A stretch of 32,317 nucleotides of DNA from Caulobacteraceae bacterium. GTDB taxonomy: Bacteria > Pseudomonadota > Alphaproteobacteria > Caulobacterales > Caulobacteraceae. The translations under genes and the position numbers were made by a program. Below are positions 24,145-32,317 of this stretch, piece by piece. Where the stretch lies: NCBI GenBank assembly GCA_947452665.1, contig CANGEH010000001.1:1-32317 (forward strand), written 5' to 3'. Position 1 is the first letter of the stretch; each line of letters begins with the position of its first letter. The notes under the pieces are model-generated. The model did not search any database. It was given only the letters and a program-made list of their open reading frames with translations, and was not told where the DNA came from.

Positions 24145-26652
24145 TCAAGGCGCGGGCTCAGCCTGCAGCAATCGGGCGGCAGCCTCGGCCACAGTCCGGC
24201 TCAGTATACCCGGCACTGGACCGCGATAGTTGGCCGCCGCTGCCCGCAGGGCCGCCAGCCGTTCCGGCGCTGTTATGAGACCAAGGATTTCATCTTCCCA
24301 GGCCGCCAGATCGTCTGGGTCGATCATCGGCATCAGCCCTTCGGACGCTTCGCGCAGCGCCGGGTGGGTACCGGTAACGACCGGCGTGCCACAGGCCAGG
24401 CTCTCGGCCACCGGCATGCCAAAGCCTTCCGCAAAGGAGGGGAATACAGTGAAAAGTGCCCGGCGATAGAGCAGGGCTAGGGTATCGTCCGCCACCCCCT
24501 CGAGCACAAGCAGGTGCGGTGCCAGTCGCCAGTCTCGCCGCAGCCAGATCCGCACCGGCTCCACCCCCCAGCCCCAGCGGCCGACAAACACCAGTCGCGG
24601 GAGTTCGGCCTCCGGCAGCTTGCGCCTTAGCCGGTCCCAGACCCGCAGCAGCAGCAAATGGTTCTTGCGCACCTCGATGGTGGAGCAGAACAAGATAAAG
24701 GGCCGCCCGTCCGCCAGCCCCGGGGGTAGGGCCGCATGACCACTGCCGCCGCGAAGGCTCGGCGCCAAGCCTGGATGGGCTATGCTGATATGGGCGGGAT
24801 CAACGGGATCGGCTATGCCACAAAAGTCTGTATCGGCAGCCGCCGCCCCATAGGAGGCGGCACTATGGGCCGAATTGGCCACCAGATGGTTGGCCTGGGC
24901 CAGGATGGCTAGCGCCTGGGAGACGAAGCCCTTGACCTCGCGGCCATCGGTCAGTTGCGGCACTTCCCATGCCACCATGTCATGCACGACCATAACCGCG
25001 CTACGGCCGCTCGCCCGCCACGCTTTAAAGATACTGGGCGCGGCATAGTCCCAGGGATTGGAAACTGAGACCAATACCCGTCCCTCGGGCAGGGGGGCTG
25101 CCAGCCGATGCCCTGCCGGCGGCGGGGATGAGGCCGGTCGCACCGGCAAGGCCCGGCGCCACCACCTTGCCACCCGCCAGCCCAGCGCCATGGCCTGCCA
25201 AAGCCGCCGCGGCATGGCGAAGAAGGCCAGCCCCGCTAGGCCGCGCAGGCGCAGCCGATCGGGCGCGGGAAGCCCTGGGCCTGGTGGTATGGGCAGGCTA
25301 ACCTCAAAGCGCTGGTTCACCCATTCGGTCTCGGCGCGGTCCAAGGATCGATAGCCACCGCTTGCGGGGTCATGGCGCACGAGGCCTAGGCGCAAATCGG
25401 GCCGCGCATAAAGCGCCTCGAAGACTTCCGCCTCCACCCGGCTCATTCCCATAGGGGTCTGCCAGCCATGCTCCAATGTCCGGGTCAGGTCCAGCAGGAC
25501 GCCAGGTTCGGTGGCGGGCACAGGCACGACCGCGGTTTCCCCGGCAAGCACGGTCACCAGGCGTGGCACGACCACTCCCGCGGCGAACTCGGCGCGGGCG
25601 CGGGCAAGGCCGGCCTGAGCTAGACGCGCGCAGAGGGCGTCATCGGTCGCTAGGCGATGCAGGGCGCCAGCCAGGGCTGACGCGTCGCCCTCAGGTACCA
25701 GCAGGCCGTCCTGCTCATGATTGATCAATCTTGCCGGCGCACCTGCGGCCACGGCAATCACCGGCCGGGCATGGGCCCAGGCCTCGATAATGGCGCGGCC
25801 AAAAGTTTCGGGCCCGCCCCCGCTTGTCTCCGAAGACACGACGACCCCGCGGCAGGCCTCCAGGTCCGGCCCTGGGTCGGGCACATAAGGCTCCAGCCTA
25901 AACAGGCCTTGTAAATCGGCCGCCGAAACCTGTTGTTCCAGCGCCGCATAGAGCGCCGCATCGGCCCTATAGCCGATGGAGCGAATTTGCACGGGCGTTC
26001 CGGCAGCGCGCAATATCGCCGCCGCACGGATCAGTGCGGCATGACCCTTCCAGCCATTGACGGTGGCCAGATGCAGCAATGGCCCCGCTATTGGCGGCAG
26101 GCTAGCGTCCTGTGTCGGCAGTTCCACCATGTCGGGCACGACCAAGGCGCGCAGTGGGCCGCGTGGGGCGATGAAGGGCTCTAGATAGTCTGGGCGGTCT
26201 AGAACCACCTGGTGCGGAACTAAAATCGTGGCGCCGACCAGGGGCTGCAACACCTGGCCAAGGTCCGACCAGAGAAAATCGCGCACATAGACAAAGCTGC
26301 GCGCACCCAGACCAGGCAACCAACGCGTCGCGGCCGCGAGGATGCGGGCCGAGCCATGGGTATTGGCCAGCACGACTGCCGGGCGCAGGCGCAGATAAAG
26401 CGCGATGAAACGCTGCACTGCCCGGTCGAAATCTGCATCATCTGCGCTGGCAACCGCGGTGATATGCAGGTTTGGCCGGGCAAGTTGGTGCAAGGCCTGC
26501 AGATGCAGCGGGCTCTCGGCAATCACCGCGGCCCGCTGGCCCGGCGGCAGATGGCGCAGTATGATCTCCAGACTGCGTTCGGCCCCGCCATAGCCGGGAC
26601 TGACAGAAACCACCAATAGCGGGCCGGCGGGCATGCCCGCGTTCTGGTTCAT
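24145..26652 (-). CDS. tandem glycosyltransferase (two GT4/GT-B type domains)
   Basis: N-terminal half: LLVVSVSPGYGGAERS...SSETSGGGPETFGRAIIEAWAHARPVIA. C-terminal half: ILFCSTIEVRKNHLLL...FTVFPSFAEGFGMPVAESLACGTPVV (E-x7-E region). The ATG at 26652 is 8 nt after the upstream stop. Alternative starts are at 26685 (ATG) and 26691 (TTG). Confidence 0.8.
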   Translation of the reverse strand: MNQNAGMPAGPLLVVSVSPGYGGAERSLEIILRHLPPGQRAAVIAESPLHLQALHQLARPNLHITAVASADDADFDRAVQRFIALYLRLRPAVVLANTHGSARILAAATRWLPGLGARSFVYVRDFLWSDLGQVLQPLVGATILVPHQVVLDRPDYLEPFIAPRGPLRALVVPDMVELPTQDASLPPIAGPLLHLATVNGWKGHAALIRAAAILRAAGTPVQIRSIGYRADAALYAALEQQVSAADLQGLFRLEPYVPDPGPDLEACRGVVVSSETSGGGPETFGRAIIEAWAHARPVIAVAAGAPARLINHEQDGLLVPEGDASALAGALHRLATDDALCARLAQAGLARARAEFAAGVVVPRLVTVLAGETAVVPVPATEPGVLLDLTRTLEHGWQTPMGMSRVEAEVFEALYARPDLRLGLVRHDPASGGYRSLDRAETEWVNQRFEVSLPIPPGPGLPAPDRLRLRGLAGLAFFAMPRRLWQAMALGWRVARWWRRALPVRPASSPPPAGHRLAAPLPEGRVLVSVSNPWDYAAPSIFKAWRASGRSAVMVVHDMVAWEVPQLTDGREVKGFVSQALAILAQANHLVANSAHSAASYGAAAADTDFCGIADPVDPAHISIAHPGLAPSLRGGSGHAALPPGLADGRPFILFCSTIEVRKNHLLLLRVWDRLRRKLPEAELPRLVFVGRWGWGVEPVRIWLRRDWRLAPHLLVLEGVADDTLALLYRRALFTVFPSFAEGFGMPVAESLACGTPVVTGTHPALREASEGLMPMIDPDDLAAWEDEILGLITAPERLAALRAAAANYRGPVPGILSRTVAEAAARLLQAEPAP

Positions 26653-26659
26653 GGCCTGA

Positions 26660-27637
26660 TCACAATCCGACCTCGGCCGAGGCATAGGCAAGCACGCGCT
26701 GCGGCAGCGCCGCCTGCTGCCGCAGAGTCATCTCTCCGCGGTCGAGCCGGTCCAGCAGGCCGCGAATGGTCAAGCCCTGCAATGGCGGGTCTATGCCAAG
26801 CCCGGCCTGAATCGCTGGGGCGATTTCTAGGCTGGCACGGCGCCGTTCGATTTCTTCGGCATAGCGGCGCCAAATGGCCATTCTTGGCGCATCGATACTC
26901 AGCCGCAGCGGCACGGTATTACTGCCATCGTCCTTGTACCGATACTCGCCGATAATGTTGTCCAGGGCGTGATAGGAGAACGGATAGCGCGTGCCCAGCC
27001 TTAGGTGCCATTCATAGTCTTCGAACAATTCCAGGCTGTCATCGGCCCACAAATCCGCCTTGGCGATGCGGCTGCGGTCTAGCAACATGCCATGGAAAGG
27101 GCAAAACCCGTCGCGAAATGTATCCACCAAGGTCTGGCCTGGCAGTCTGCCCAGCCGGGCAAATCCGATGCCGAAAGGCACAGCGGTCGAGGCGGCCAAG
27201 CTCTTCAGCGCAATACCGCCAAAAGCTACAGCGCCTCCGCTGGCCGACAAGGCGTTCACTAGCACCGTATAGGCTTCAGGATAGAGCACATCGTCATAGT
27301 CGAGAACCGCGAGGTATCGGCCGCGGGCCTCGGCAATCCCCGCGTTCAAAAGGGCGGAGCGGGCATCGGCCAAGCCATCCTCACGGGTATAGCGCACCAC
27401 ATCCAAGCTTACCGACGGATCAATCGCGCGAAACGGGGCGAGCCTTGCCTCCAGCGCTTGCGACTGCGCGTCAGTGAAGCGCTGGGTTACCAAGAGCACA
27501 CGCAGCGGCCGCCAAGACTGAGCAATCAGGCTCAGCAGAGCGCCGCTCAACTCTTCGAACAGGGCCGGATTATGGAACCGGACAATCACCTCGACGGCAT
27601 CGCTTAAATCGTCATGCATTAGACCGGGTCCTACCAT
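26660..27637 (-). CDS. glycosyltransferase family 2
   Basis: VEVIVRFHNPALFEEL...SLIAQS...RYLAVLDYDDVLYPEAY is a GT-A fold with a D-x-D region. The start is ambiguous: the ATG at 27637 overlaps the upstream stop as ATGGTAG, and other candidates are the ATG at 27619 and the TTG at 27670. Confidence 0.72.
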   Translation of the reverse strand: MVGPGLMHDDLSDAVEVIVRFHNPALFEELSGALLSLIAQSWRPLRVLLVTQRFTDAQSQALEARLAPFRAIDPSVSLDVVRYTREDGLADARSALLNAGIAEARGRYLAVLDYDDVLYPEAYTVLVNALSASGGAVAFGGIALKSLAASTAVPFGIGFARLGRLPGQTLVDTFRDGFCPFHGMLLDRSRIAKADLWADDSLELFEDYEWHLRLGTRYPFSYHALDNIIGEYRYKDDGSNTVPLRLSIDAPRMAIWRRYAEEIERRRASLEIAPAIQAGLGIDPPLQGLTIRGLLDRLDRGEMTLRQQAALPQRVLAYASAEVGL

Positions 27638-29076
27638 CGCGATGGGGCGAAACAAAAGCCGTTCGACCAATCGGCAAGATCAGGATTGCGGCTCAACGGG
27701 TCGGGACCGGGTTCTTCTGGCATGCCGCCATGGCGCCGGATTTCGGTACCGATCGCTGCGGCCACCGGCTCACATCCCCAAAGCCGCGCCAGGCGATAGC
27801 CGTCGAGTAGGTGTTCAGGCGCGACCCAGTCGCTGGTGCCCGGCGCGGCCTGGCTGGTAATGTAACGCGCATTGGGGCAGGCCAGTATCCGCAGCCCAGC
27901 CTGGCGTGCCCGCCAGGACAGGTCCACGGCCGCGAGCGTGTCCAATGCCGGTTCCAGGCCGCCGAGCGCGAGCACTGGGCCGATCGGCAATAGCAGGCAA
28001 GCGCCCCCGGCCCAGGCCGTCTCGAAGCTCACTGGATCGACATGGCGCGGATGCTCGTTGGGAAAGTCCGCCGCGCCAATCAAGGCCATATTGTCTGCCG
28101 CAGCGGACATGCGCAGCAAGGCTTCTAGGCAATCGGGCGCGAAGAACCCTTCGGCATCGGCGGCGATGTACAAGGTCGCCCCGCGCGCGGCCGCTTGGCG
28201 CAGCATCTGGTCATGCGCGGCGCTGGCATGGCGCATATCGTCTGGCAGGTCTAGGGCCGTTGTGCCCGGCGGCGCCTCGGCGGCGGGGCCGGGCCAGAGC
28301 AGCATGCAGTCCTCAAGCCCAGCCTGCTGCGCAGAGATGGCCGCGCTGCGGGCGGCGCGCGTGGCCGTTGCCAGACGGGTGCTAGGCCCAAGGCCAATGG
28401 CAAGGCGCGGCCTAGGCGGCGGAAGATCTAGGCCGAGGGCCTGCCGCCGGGCGGCTTCAGCCGAGGCCTTGGCCAGGGCGCTGATCGCCCGCAAACTGTG
28501 GCGACCGATCCGCAAATAGTGCAGCAACGGGTTTTCAGTCCCGATATCGGGGTTTTCGGTCCTGTACCAGGCGGTATCAAAAGCCGGGCTGGGATCGGTG
28601 ACGGTAAGCCTATCGGACGCTTTGTGGCCACGGCTCGGCACCTGCCGCAGATAGTGTGCCGCCGCATCCAAAGGCGCCCGAGGTGCATCGGGATTTCGGG
28701 CCGTGTACCAGTCAGGGTCAAACAGGCCAGATTGCAAGATCAGGCTAGCCTCGGGTGGGGGCGGCGCTGGTGCGCGCGCGCCAGCCCCTGCAGCCAGTAA
28801 CCCGCGTAGCAAACCATGCAGCCAAGGCCTTACGCTCACCGACCGCTGGATGCGTTTCACCAGCCGCCAGAGTCGGCTGTTTGTGTCGGTTTCCAACTTT
28901 TTTAGGGCGGCATTTGCGCTTGCCAAAGCCGCCTCGCGCGCCGCCAGATCCTTCTCGCGCGCCGCTAAGGCCGCATGAAGCCGCGAAAGGTCCAGCCGCG
29001 CCAAGGCCAAGGGGCTGTGGTCGACTGGCGCGCGCTCAGCCTGCGCCAGGCGAGGGCTAGGGGGGTTAATTGTCAT
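27631..29076 (-). CDS. coiled-coil protein with tandem FD..WY...NPD motifs and a GT2-like C-terminal domain
   Basis: aa 25-80 form a heptad-like Ala/Leu/Lys-rich helix. LFDPDWYTARNPD...AAAHYL and FDTAWYRTENPD...LLHYLRIG follow. The C-terminus has LYIAADAEGFFAPDCLEAL and AVDLSWRARQAGLRI, which resemble GT2 rhamnosyltransferase-type motifs. The domain assignment is tentative. Confidence 0.55.
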   Translation of the reverse strand: MTINPPSPRLAQAERAPVDHSPLALARLDLSRLHAALAAREKDLAAREAALASANAALKKLETDTNSRLWRLVKRIQRSVSVRPWLHGLLRGLLAAGAGARAPAPPPPEASLILQSGLFDPDWYTARNPDAPRAPLDAAAHYLRQVPSRGHKASDRLTVTDPSPAFDTAWYRTENPDIGTENPLLHYLRIGRHSLRAISALAKASAEAARRQALGLDLPPPRPRLAIGLGPSTRLATATRAARSAAISAQQAGLEDCMLLWPGPAAEAPPGTTALDLPDDMRHASAAHDQMLRQAAARGATLYIAADAEGFFAPDCLEALLRMSAAADNMALIGAADFPNEHPRHVDPVSFETAWAGGACLLLPIGPVLALGGLEPALDTLAAVDLSWRARQAGLRILACPNARYITSQAAPGTSDWVAPEHLLDGYRLARLWGCEPVAAAIGTEIRRHGGMPEEPGPDPLSRNPDLADWSNGFCFAPSRW

Positions 29077-30229
29077 CGTTGAAAGGCAAGCCAGAGGTTG
29101 GGAGCAAGAAGCCGTCCGTCAATAGGGCCCGAGCCCTGGTAACGAGCAACGCGGCAAGGCGTGTATCCGCCAGCAGGCGCGCGCAGGCCTTGGCTAGGCC
29201 TGTGGCGCTGTCTGCCATTAAAAGCTGGTTGCCCGAGACAGCGCCAAGCCCGCGGCAGGCATGCGAGGTCGCCACCACAGGCCGGCCATGCAGCCAGGCT
29301 TCCAGCACCTTAAATTTTGTCCCGCCGCCGCCGCGCAGGGGGGCAATGGCAAGGCTGGCCCTGGCATAGGCGGCGCTGAACCCAGCTTCGGCACCGAGAT
29401 AGACAAGGCCAGCGCGCTCAAGCTGGACGATCAGGTCTGGCGAGGCCGCGCCCGCCACAGCCACCTCCACCCCCGGCACCAGCCGCCGCAATCGTGGGGC
29501 AATCGATTTTGCCAGCCAAAGGGCGGCGTCTTGATTGGGCAGATAGCCCAACGAACCGACAAACAGAACCCTCGGCGGCCCGGCCTCGACAGGCATTGGC
29601 GTGGGTAGCGGTCCGGCTATGCGGTTGGCCGCAACGCTCACCTTTGCCTGCGCTTGCATCCTCTGGCCGCGCCGGCCAAGCATGTCTGCATCCTCAGCCG
29701 CTGCGACATGCACGCGCGCAAACTGCTGCAGCGCGCGGTTCTCGGCGGCGCGATAGGCGCGCGCGCCGCGGATGTGCGCCCAGGCCTGGCTTGGCTGCTC
29801 ATGGCGCAGCGCCAACCAAGCCAAGCTGTTGCGGGTGCGCGATTCTAGATCGTCGCAATCCAGTTCGATCCGCGCCTGCCACTCGGCAGGCAGGTGCTGG
29901 GCCAGATCCATCAAATAGAGGCGAAACACCACCACACGCGCGGGCGGCTCGTCCGGCAGTGCCGCCTTTAGCTGGGCCAACAAATCATCATCCACGCCAA
30001 GCCAGTCCTGTGGCGCGCCGGCCTGACGGGCCTGCAGCACCCGTAATTGGCCCGGCACCGGGCAGGCGCCCTCTGCCGCCGCGGCATAGGTGGCAAAGAC
30101 AATGGTAAGCAGGCGGTGTTCAGCGGCCAGGGCCATGGCCCACATCCAGGCCCGGCGCGCCAGCCCGACGCCCTGAGCATCCGGCCGAACCGGGGAAAGC
30201 AGCACCGCGAGTGGCCGGGAATCCGCCAT
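29066..30229 (-). CDS. glycosyltransferase family 4 (GT-B)
   Basis: VLFVGSLGYLPNQDAALWL...LAIAPLRGGGGTKFKVLEAWLHGRPVVAT is the typical GT4 C-terminal nucleotide-sugar-binding region. The ATG at 30229 is the second codon of the track ORF, whose first codon is TTG. The 3' end overlaps the next gene by 11 nt. Confidence 0.8.
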   Translation of the reverse strand: MADSRPLAVLLSPVRPDAQGVGLARRAWMWAMALAAEHRLLTIVFATYAAAAEGACPVPGQLRVLQARQAGAPQDWLGVDDDLLAQLKAALPDEPPARVVVFRLYLMDLAQHLPAEWQARIELDCDDLESRTRNSLAWLALRHEQPSQAWAHIRGARAYRAAENRALQQFARVHVAAAEDADMLGRRGQRMQAQAKVSVAANRIAGPLPTPMPVEAGPPRVLFVGSLGYLPNQDAALWLAKSIAPRLRRLVPGVEVAVAGAASPDLIVQLERAGLVYLGAEAGFSAAYARASLAIAPLRGGGGTKFKVLEAWLHGRPVVATSHACRGLGAVSGNQLLMADSATGLAKACARLLADTRLAALLVTRARALLTDGFLLPTSGLPFNDDN

Positions 30230-30512
30230 CAATAGGGGGTCCCAAGCGATTGCGGCCCAGCCTGCCTAAGCCCGGGCCCTAAGAAGCTTTGGCGCACGCT
30301 TAAGAATAGTTCAAGCAACAGGTCGGACGGCAGTGAGTAAATTTGGTGCAAGGCGCTAAACCACAAAGAAACAATTTTGTCCCTCTAGCTTATTCCACGA
30401 AACGGCTCAACCCGATGCAAGTCTGCGACGGCGCTCGCAGGCCTGGCGGCGGATCGCGTTTAAACTGAACTCGCTATAAGCGCGTATCGAGAACCGATGA
30501 CGGGATACCCGC

Positions 30513-30541
30513 AGAGAAAAAGGCCCGGCGTTTAGCCGAGC
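30513..30541 (-). terminator. rho-independent terminator of the outer-membrane protein gene
   Basis: The minus-strand RNA reads GGCUCGGC-UAAAC-GCCGGGCC-UUUUUCUCU. This is an 8-bp stem with one G-U pair followed by a U-tract, 26 nt after the stop at 30567. Confidence 0.65.
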
Positions 30542-30566
30542 CCTTACCTATGATATCAGTATTGTA

Positions 30567-31325
30567 TTAGAAACGGTAGTTTACGCCCACCAAAACCGAA
30601 TCGAGATGGTGTTTGTACTCATACTTCCAAGATGTCGAATCCCACCAAATGCCCGTACCGGTATAGTTCAGACTTGTGGTCTTTTTGCCAAAATCTAGGT
30701 GATTATACTCTGCTAAAATAGACATATGTGCATTTAGTTCGTATTCAAAACCTGCGCCGATGGTAAAGCCACTTTGTGTATTGGTGCTCTCGCCATAAAA
30801 CGGATCGACATCTACTTGATAGTTATCGGTATGTTTTACTTTCGCAAAGGCTAATCCGCCTTTGGCATAAAGCAAAAGTTCTGGCTCATATAAATACCCC
30901 ACCCGCCCCGTAAGCGTACCGACCGACTTAAGAGTGGAATTCAAGTGTTCATCAGGAAAATCAGGGTATTGCGTAGGCGTGTCGATATTGGACAAATCAA
31001 GCATGGCTTGAACGCCCAAAACATATTTGCCAAATTGCTTGTCATAGCCAGCCTGAAAGCCGCCGATAAGGTCTGTCGCCGTGCCCGAGTCAATATTGAT
31101 GGCATCGATAGCCGTTGAGCCTTGATACTGGTCAGGCCCGAACTGGTCCGTATTCATCCGCCCAGAACCGATATTGGCGCCAATATAGACGCCAGTCCAA
31201 TTGTAGGCTGACGTATTCGCAACTGAATTTGCTGAGACATTAACCTTGGAAGACGGATCAGCAGCTTGCACGGTCAATGGCGACAAGAAGAGCGCGGCAG
31301 CAAGTATAATTTTTATATGTTTCAT
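30567..31325 (-). CDS. outer-membrane beta-barrel protein (OMP_b-brl / Omp25-Omp31-like porin family)
   Basis: Signal peptide MKHIKIILAAALFLSPLTVQA, alternating beta-strand pattern, YNWTGVYIGANIG and a C-terminal ...VLVGVNYRF. The ATG at 31325 is preferred over the track start at 31478, which would add 51 non-signal residues. Confidence 0.85.
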   Translation of the reverse strand: MKHIKIILAAALFLSPLTVQAADPSSKVNVSANSVANTSAYNWTGVYIGANIGSGRMNTDQFGPDQYQGSTAIDAINIDSGTATDLIGGFQAGYDKQFGKYVLGVQAMLDLSNIDTPTQYPDFPDEHLNSTLKSVGTLTGRVGYLYEPELLLYAKGGLAFAKVKHTDNYQVDVDPFYGESTNTQSGFTIGAGFEYELNAHMSILAEYNHLDFGKKTTSLNYTGTGIWWDSTSWKYEYKHHLDSVLVGVNYRF

Positions 31326-31895
31326 TTGGAGGCCTTTGGTTATGGGTGGTCGACCAATAACACGGTTACGTAAACTCGAAAGCGCGAATTCAATACTCAT
31401 CAACAATGCCACGCGCGAATGCTCTAAATTTGGCGCTTGCTGGTAAATTTGCCACATTCCGCTTCTTGGCCCCGGCATGAGCCGGTGCCCCGCGCGTAAG
31501 ACCCCTAAAGCGGCAAGTCCTTAAACCTTGGAGCAGACGTCAAACCAATGGCGCCGTTGAGGTGCACGCCTAGGGGTCATGGCGCTAACGGGGCTGGCGG
31601 TGGTGTCAGTCTAACGCGAACTTGTCTCTATTAGAGGGCGGTTTGGCTGGGGGGCGAGGCCTGTGCGGCGAGCGCCTTTCACTCAGCCGGGGCGGCTCCG
31701 ATTGAAAGGGTTGCGGAATGCGTCTTGGTTGGGGTCGACCATCGGCAGCGTCTTTATCTGGCGGAGCCCCTGGGATCAAAAAGCCCTCTAGTATCGTCAT
31801 TGGGGTGTCATCCATCAAGACTCCCCGTTTGGCCCCTTCCTAGGGGCCTTTAAAACCATTGTCGGGCCGCCGGTCAGCGGTGACCGGCGCGGGCA

Positions 31896-32317
31896 TCAAA
31901 AATCAAAAGCCAGTTGCTTGTCCGTTGCAGGCCTTGGTTTCGTCTGTTGCTTGCGGCGGGTCACGAATGGCCCTGCCTTGCGACTGGCGTGTTTGGCGAC
32001 AATGTCATCGGCCGCTTGCCTGTGGTCGGAGCCTTTGCGGATGGCATAGAGCGCCGCTCGCGCGAATTTTGCCGCGCCGACATTGTCAACCATGGGGGGC
32101 GGGTAGGGCAAAGACTGGGCCTGGGGCCAGAGCCATGGCTCATGGATAAACGGATCGGGCAGGGCGTCTAGTTCGGGCACGAATGCGCGCACAAAGCGAC
32201 CCGCCGGGTCCTGATCTAGGCCCTGCTTCACCGGGTTGTAGATCCTCATCGTATTGATCCCGGTCGTCCCTGATTGCATCTGCACCTGGGGCCAATGAAT
32301 GCCGGGTTCATAATCGA
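31896..32317 (-). CDS. photolyase/cryptochrome-family protein, C-terminal FAD-binding part (5' end outside window)
   Basis: The reading frame is open to the window edge. ...HWPQVQMQSGTTGINTMRIYNPVKQGLDQDPAGRFVRAFVPEL parallels the W.W..G....PYFRIFNP..Q...FDP.G.FIR.W.PEL block of the FAD_binding_7 domain. Confidence 0.75.
   Translation of the reverse strand, partial: DYEPGIHWPQVQMQSGTTGINTMRIYNPVKQGLDQDPAGRFVRAFVPELDALPDPFIHEPWLWPQAQSLPYPPPMVDNVGAAKFARAALYAIRKGSDHRQAADDIVAKHASRKAGPFVTRRKQQTKPRPATDKQLAFDF

Noticed and set aside
24120-24150. Apparent hairpin TTCAACCC-TTT-GGGTTCAA at the end of the GT operon, as a terminator ahead of csgF.
   Set aside because: On checking, only 5 bp (AACCC/GGGTT) actually pair, and the structure overlaps the stop codon. 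It is too weak to call.
24139-30235. Many 60-215 aa ORFs on both strands inside the glycosyltransferase genes (for example 27872-28519, 27906-28385 and 29494-30108 on the plus strand, and 26220-26522 on the minus strand).
   Set aside because: They are the same GC-driven open-frame artefact, with low-complexity Arg/Pro/Ala translations. Each is fully nested in a gene with good GT motifs.
31606-31818. 70-aa proline-rich minus-strand ORF between the OMP and photolyase genes.
   Set aside because: It has no Shine-Dalgarno sequence, is extremely rich in Pro and Arg, and has no family resemblance. I treat this stretch as intergenic.
1-32317. Scan for CRISPR arrays, tRNA or rRNA genes, long tandem DNA repeats, and toxin-antitoxin, retron or DGR hallmarks.
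   Set aside because: I saw none by eye. The only periodic signal is the degenerate protein-level repeat in the curlin genes.

Overview
This 32.3-kb window comes from a moderately GC-rich chromosome. The protein families suggest an alphaproteobacterium, but that is a guess. All confident genes but one lie on the minus strand.

Layout:
- (1) 1-6195, ordinary metabolism: a partial enoyl-CoA hydratase, two adjacent acyl-CoA dehydrogenases, a D-aminoacylase-family amidohydrolase and O-acetylhomoserine sulfhydrylase.
- (2) 6347-7080: a small XRE regulator plus a membrane protein, with a dense TGTCA/TGACA operator array.
- (3) 7363-11414, glycan-modification genes: a GT2-CmcI methyltransferase fusion, a double methyltransferase and a sulfotransferase.
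- (4) 11545-16901: a TonB-dependent receptor and a secreted S9 peptidase, divergently transcribed.
- (5) 16916-24008: a DUF5706/PycTM-like membrane protein, then a tight same-strand array of csgF, csgG, two curlin-repeat proteins, a FecR-like protein and a CHASE2 class III adenylate cyclase.
- (6) 24145-30232: four overlapping glycosyltransferase genes.
- (7) A small outer-membrane beta-barrel protein and a partial photolyase/cryptochrome gene.

I found no tRNA, rRNA, CRISPR array, transposase or integrase.

The best candidate for something undescribed is the curli amyloid-secretion operon running directly into a FecR-like/CHASE2 cyclase sensor pair, with a Pycsar-effector-family membrane protein as the next downstream gene. 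The second candidate is a methyl- and sulfo-modifying glycan locus that seems to be split by an AT-richer block of about 12.7 kb.

All family calls come from motif recognition by eye. No searches were run.
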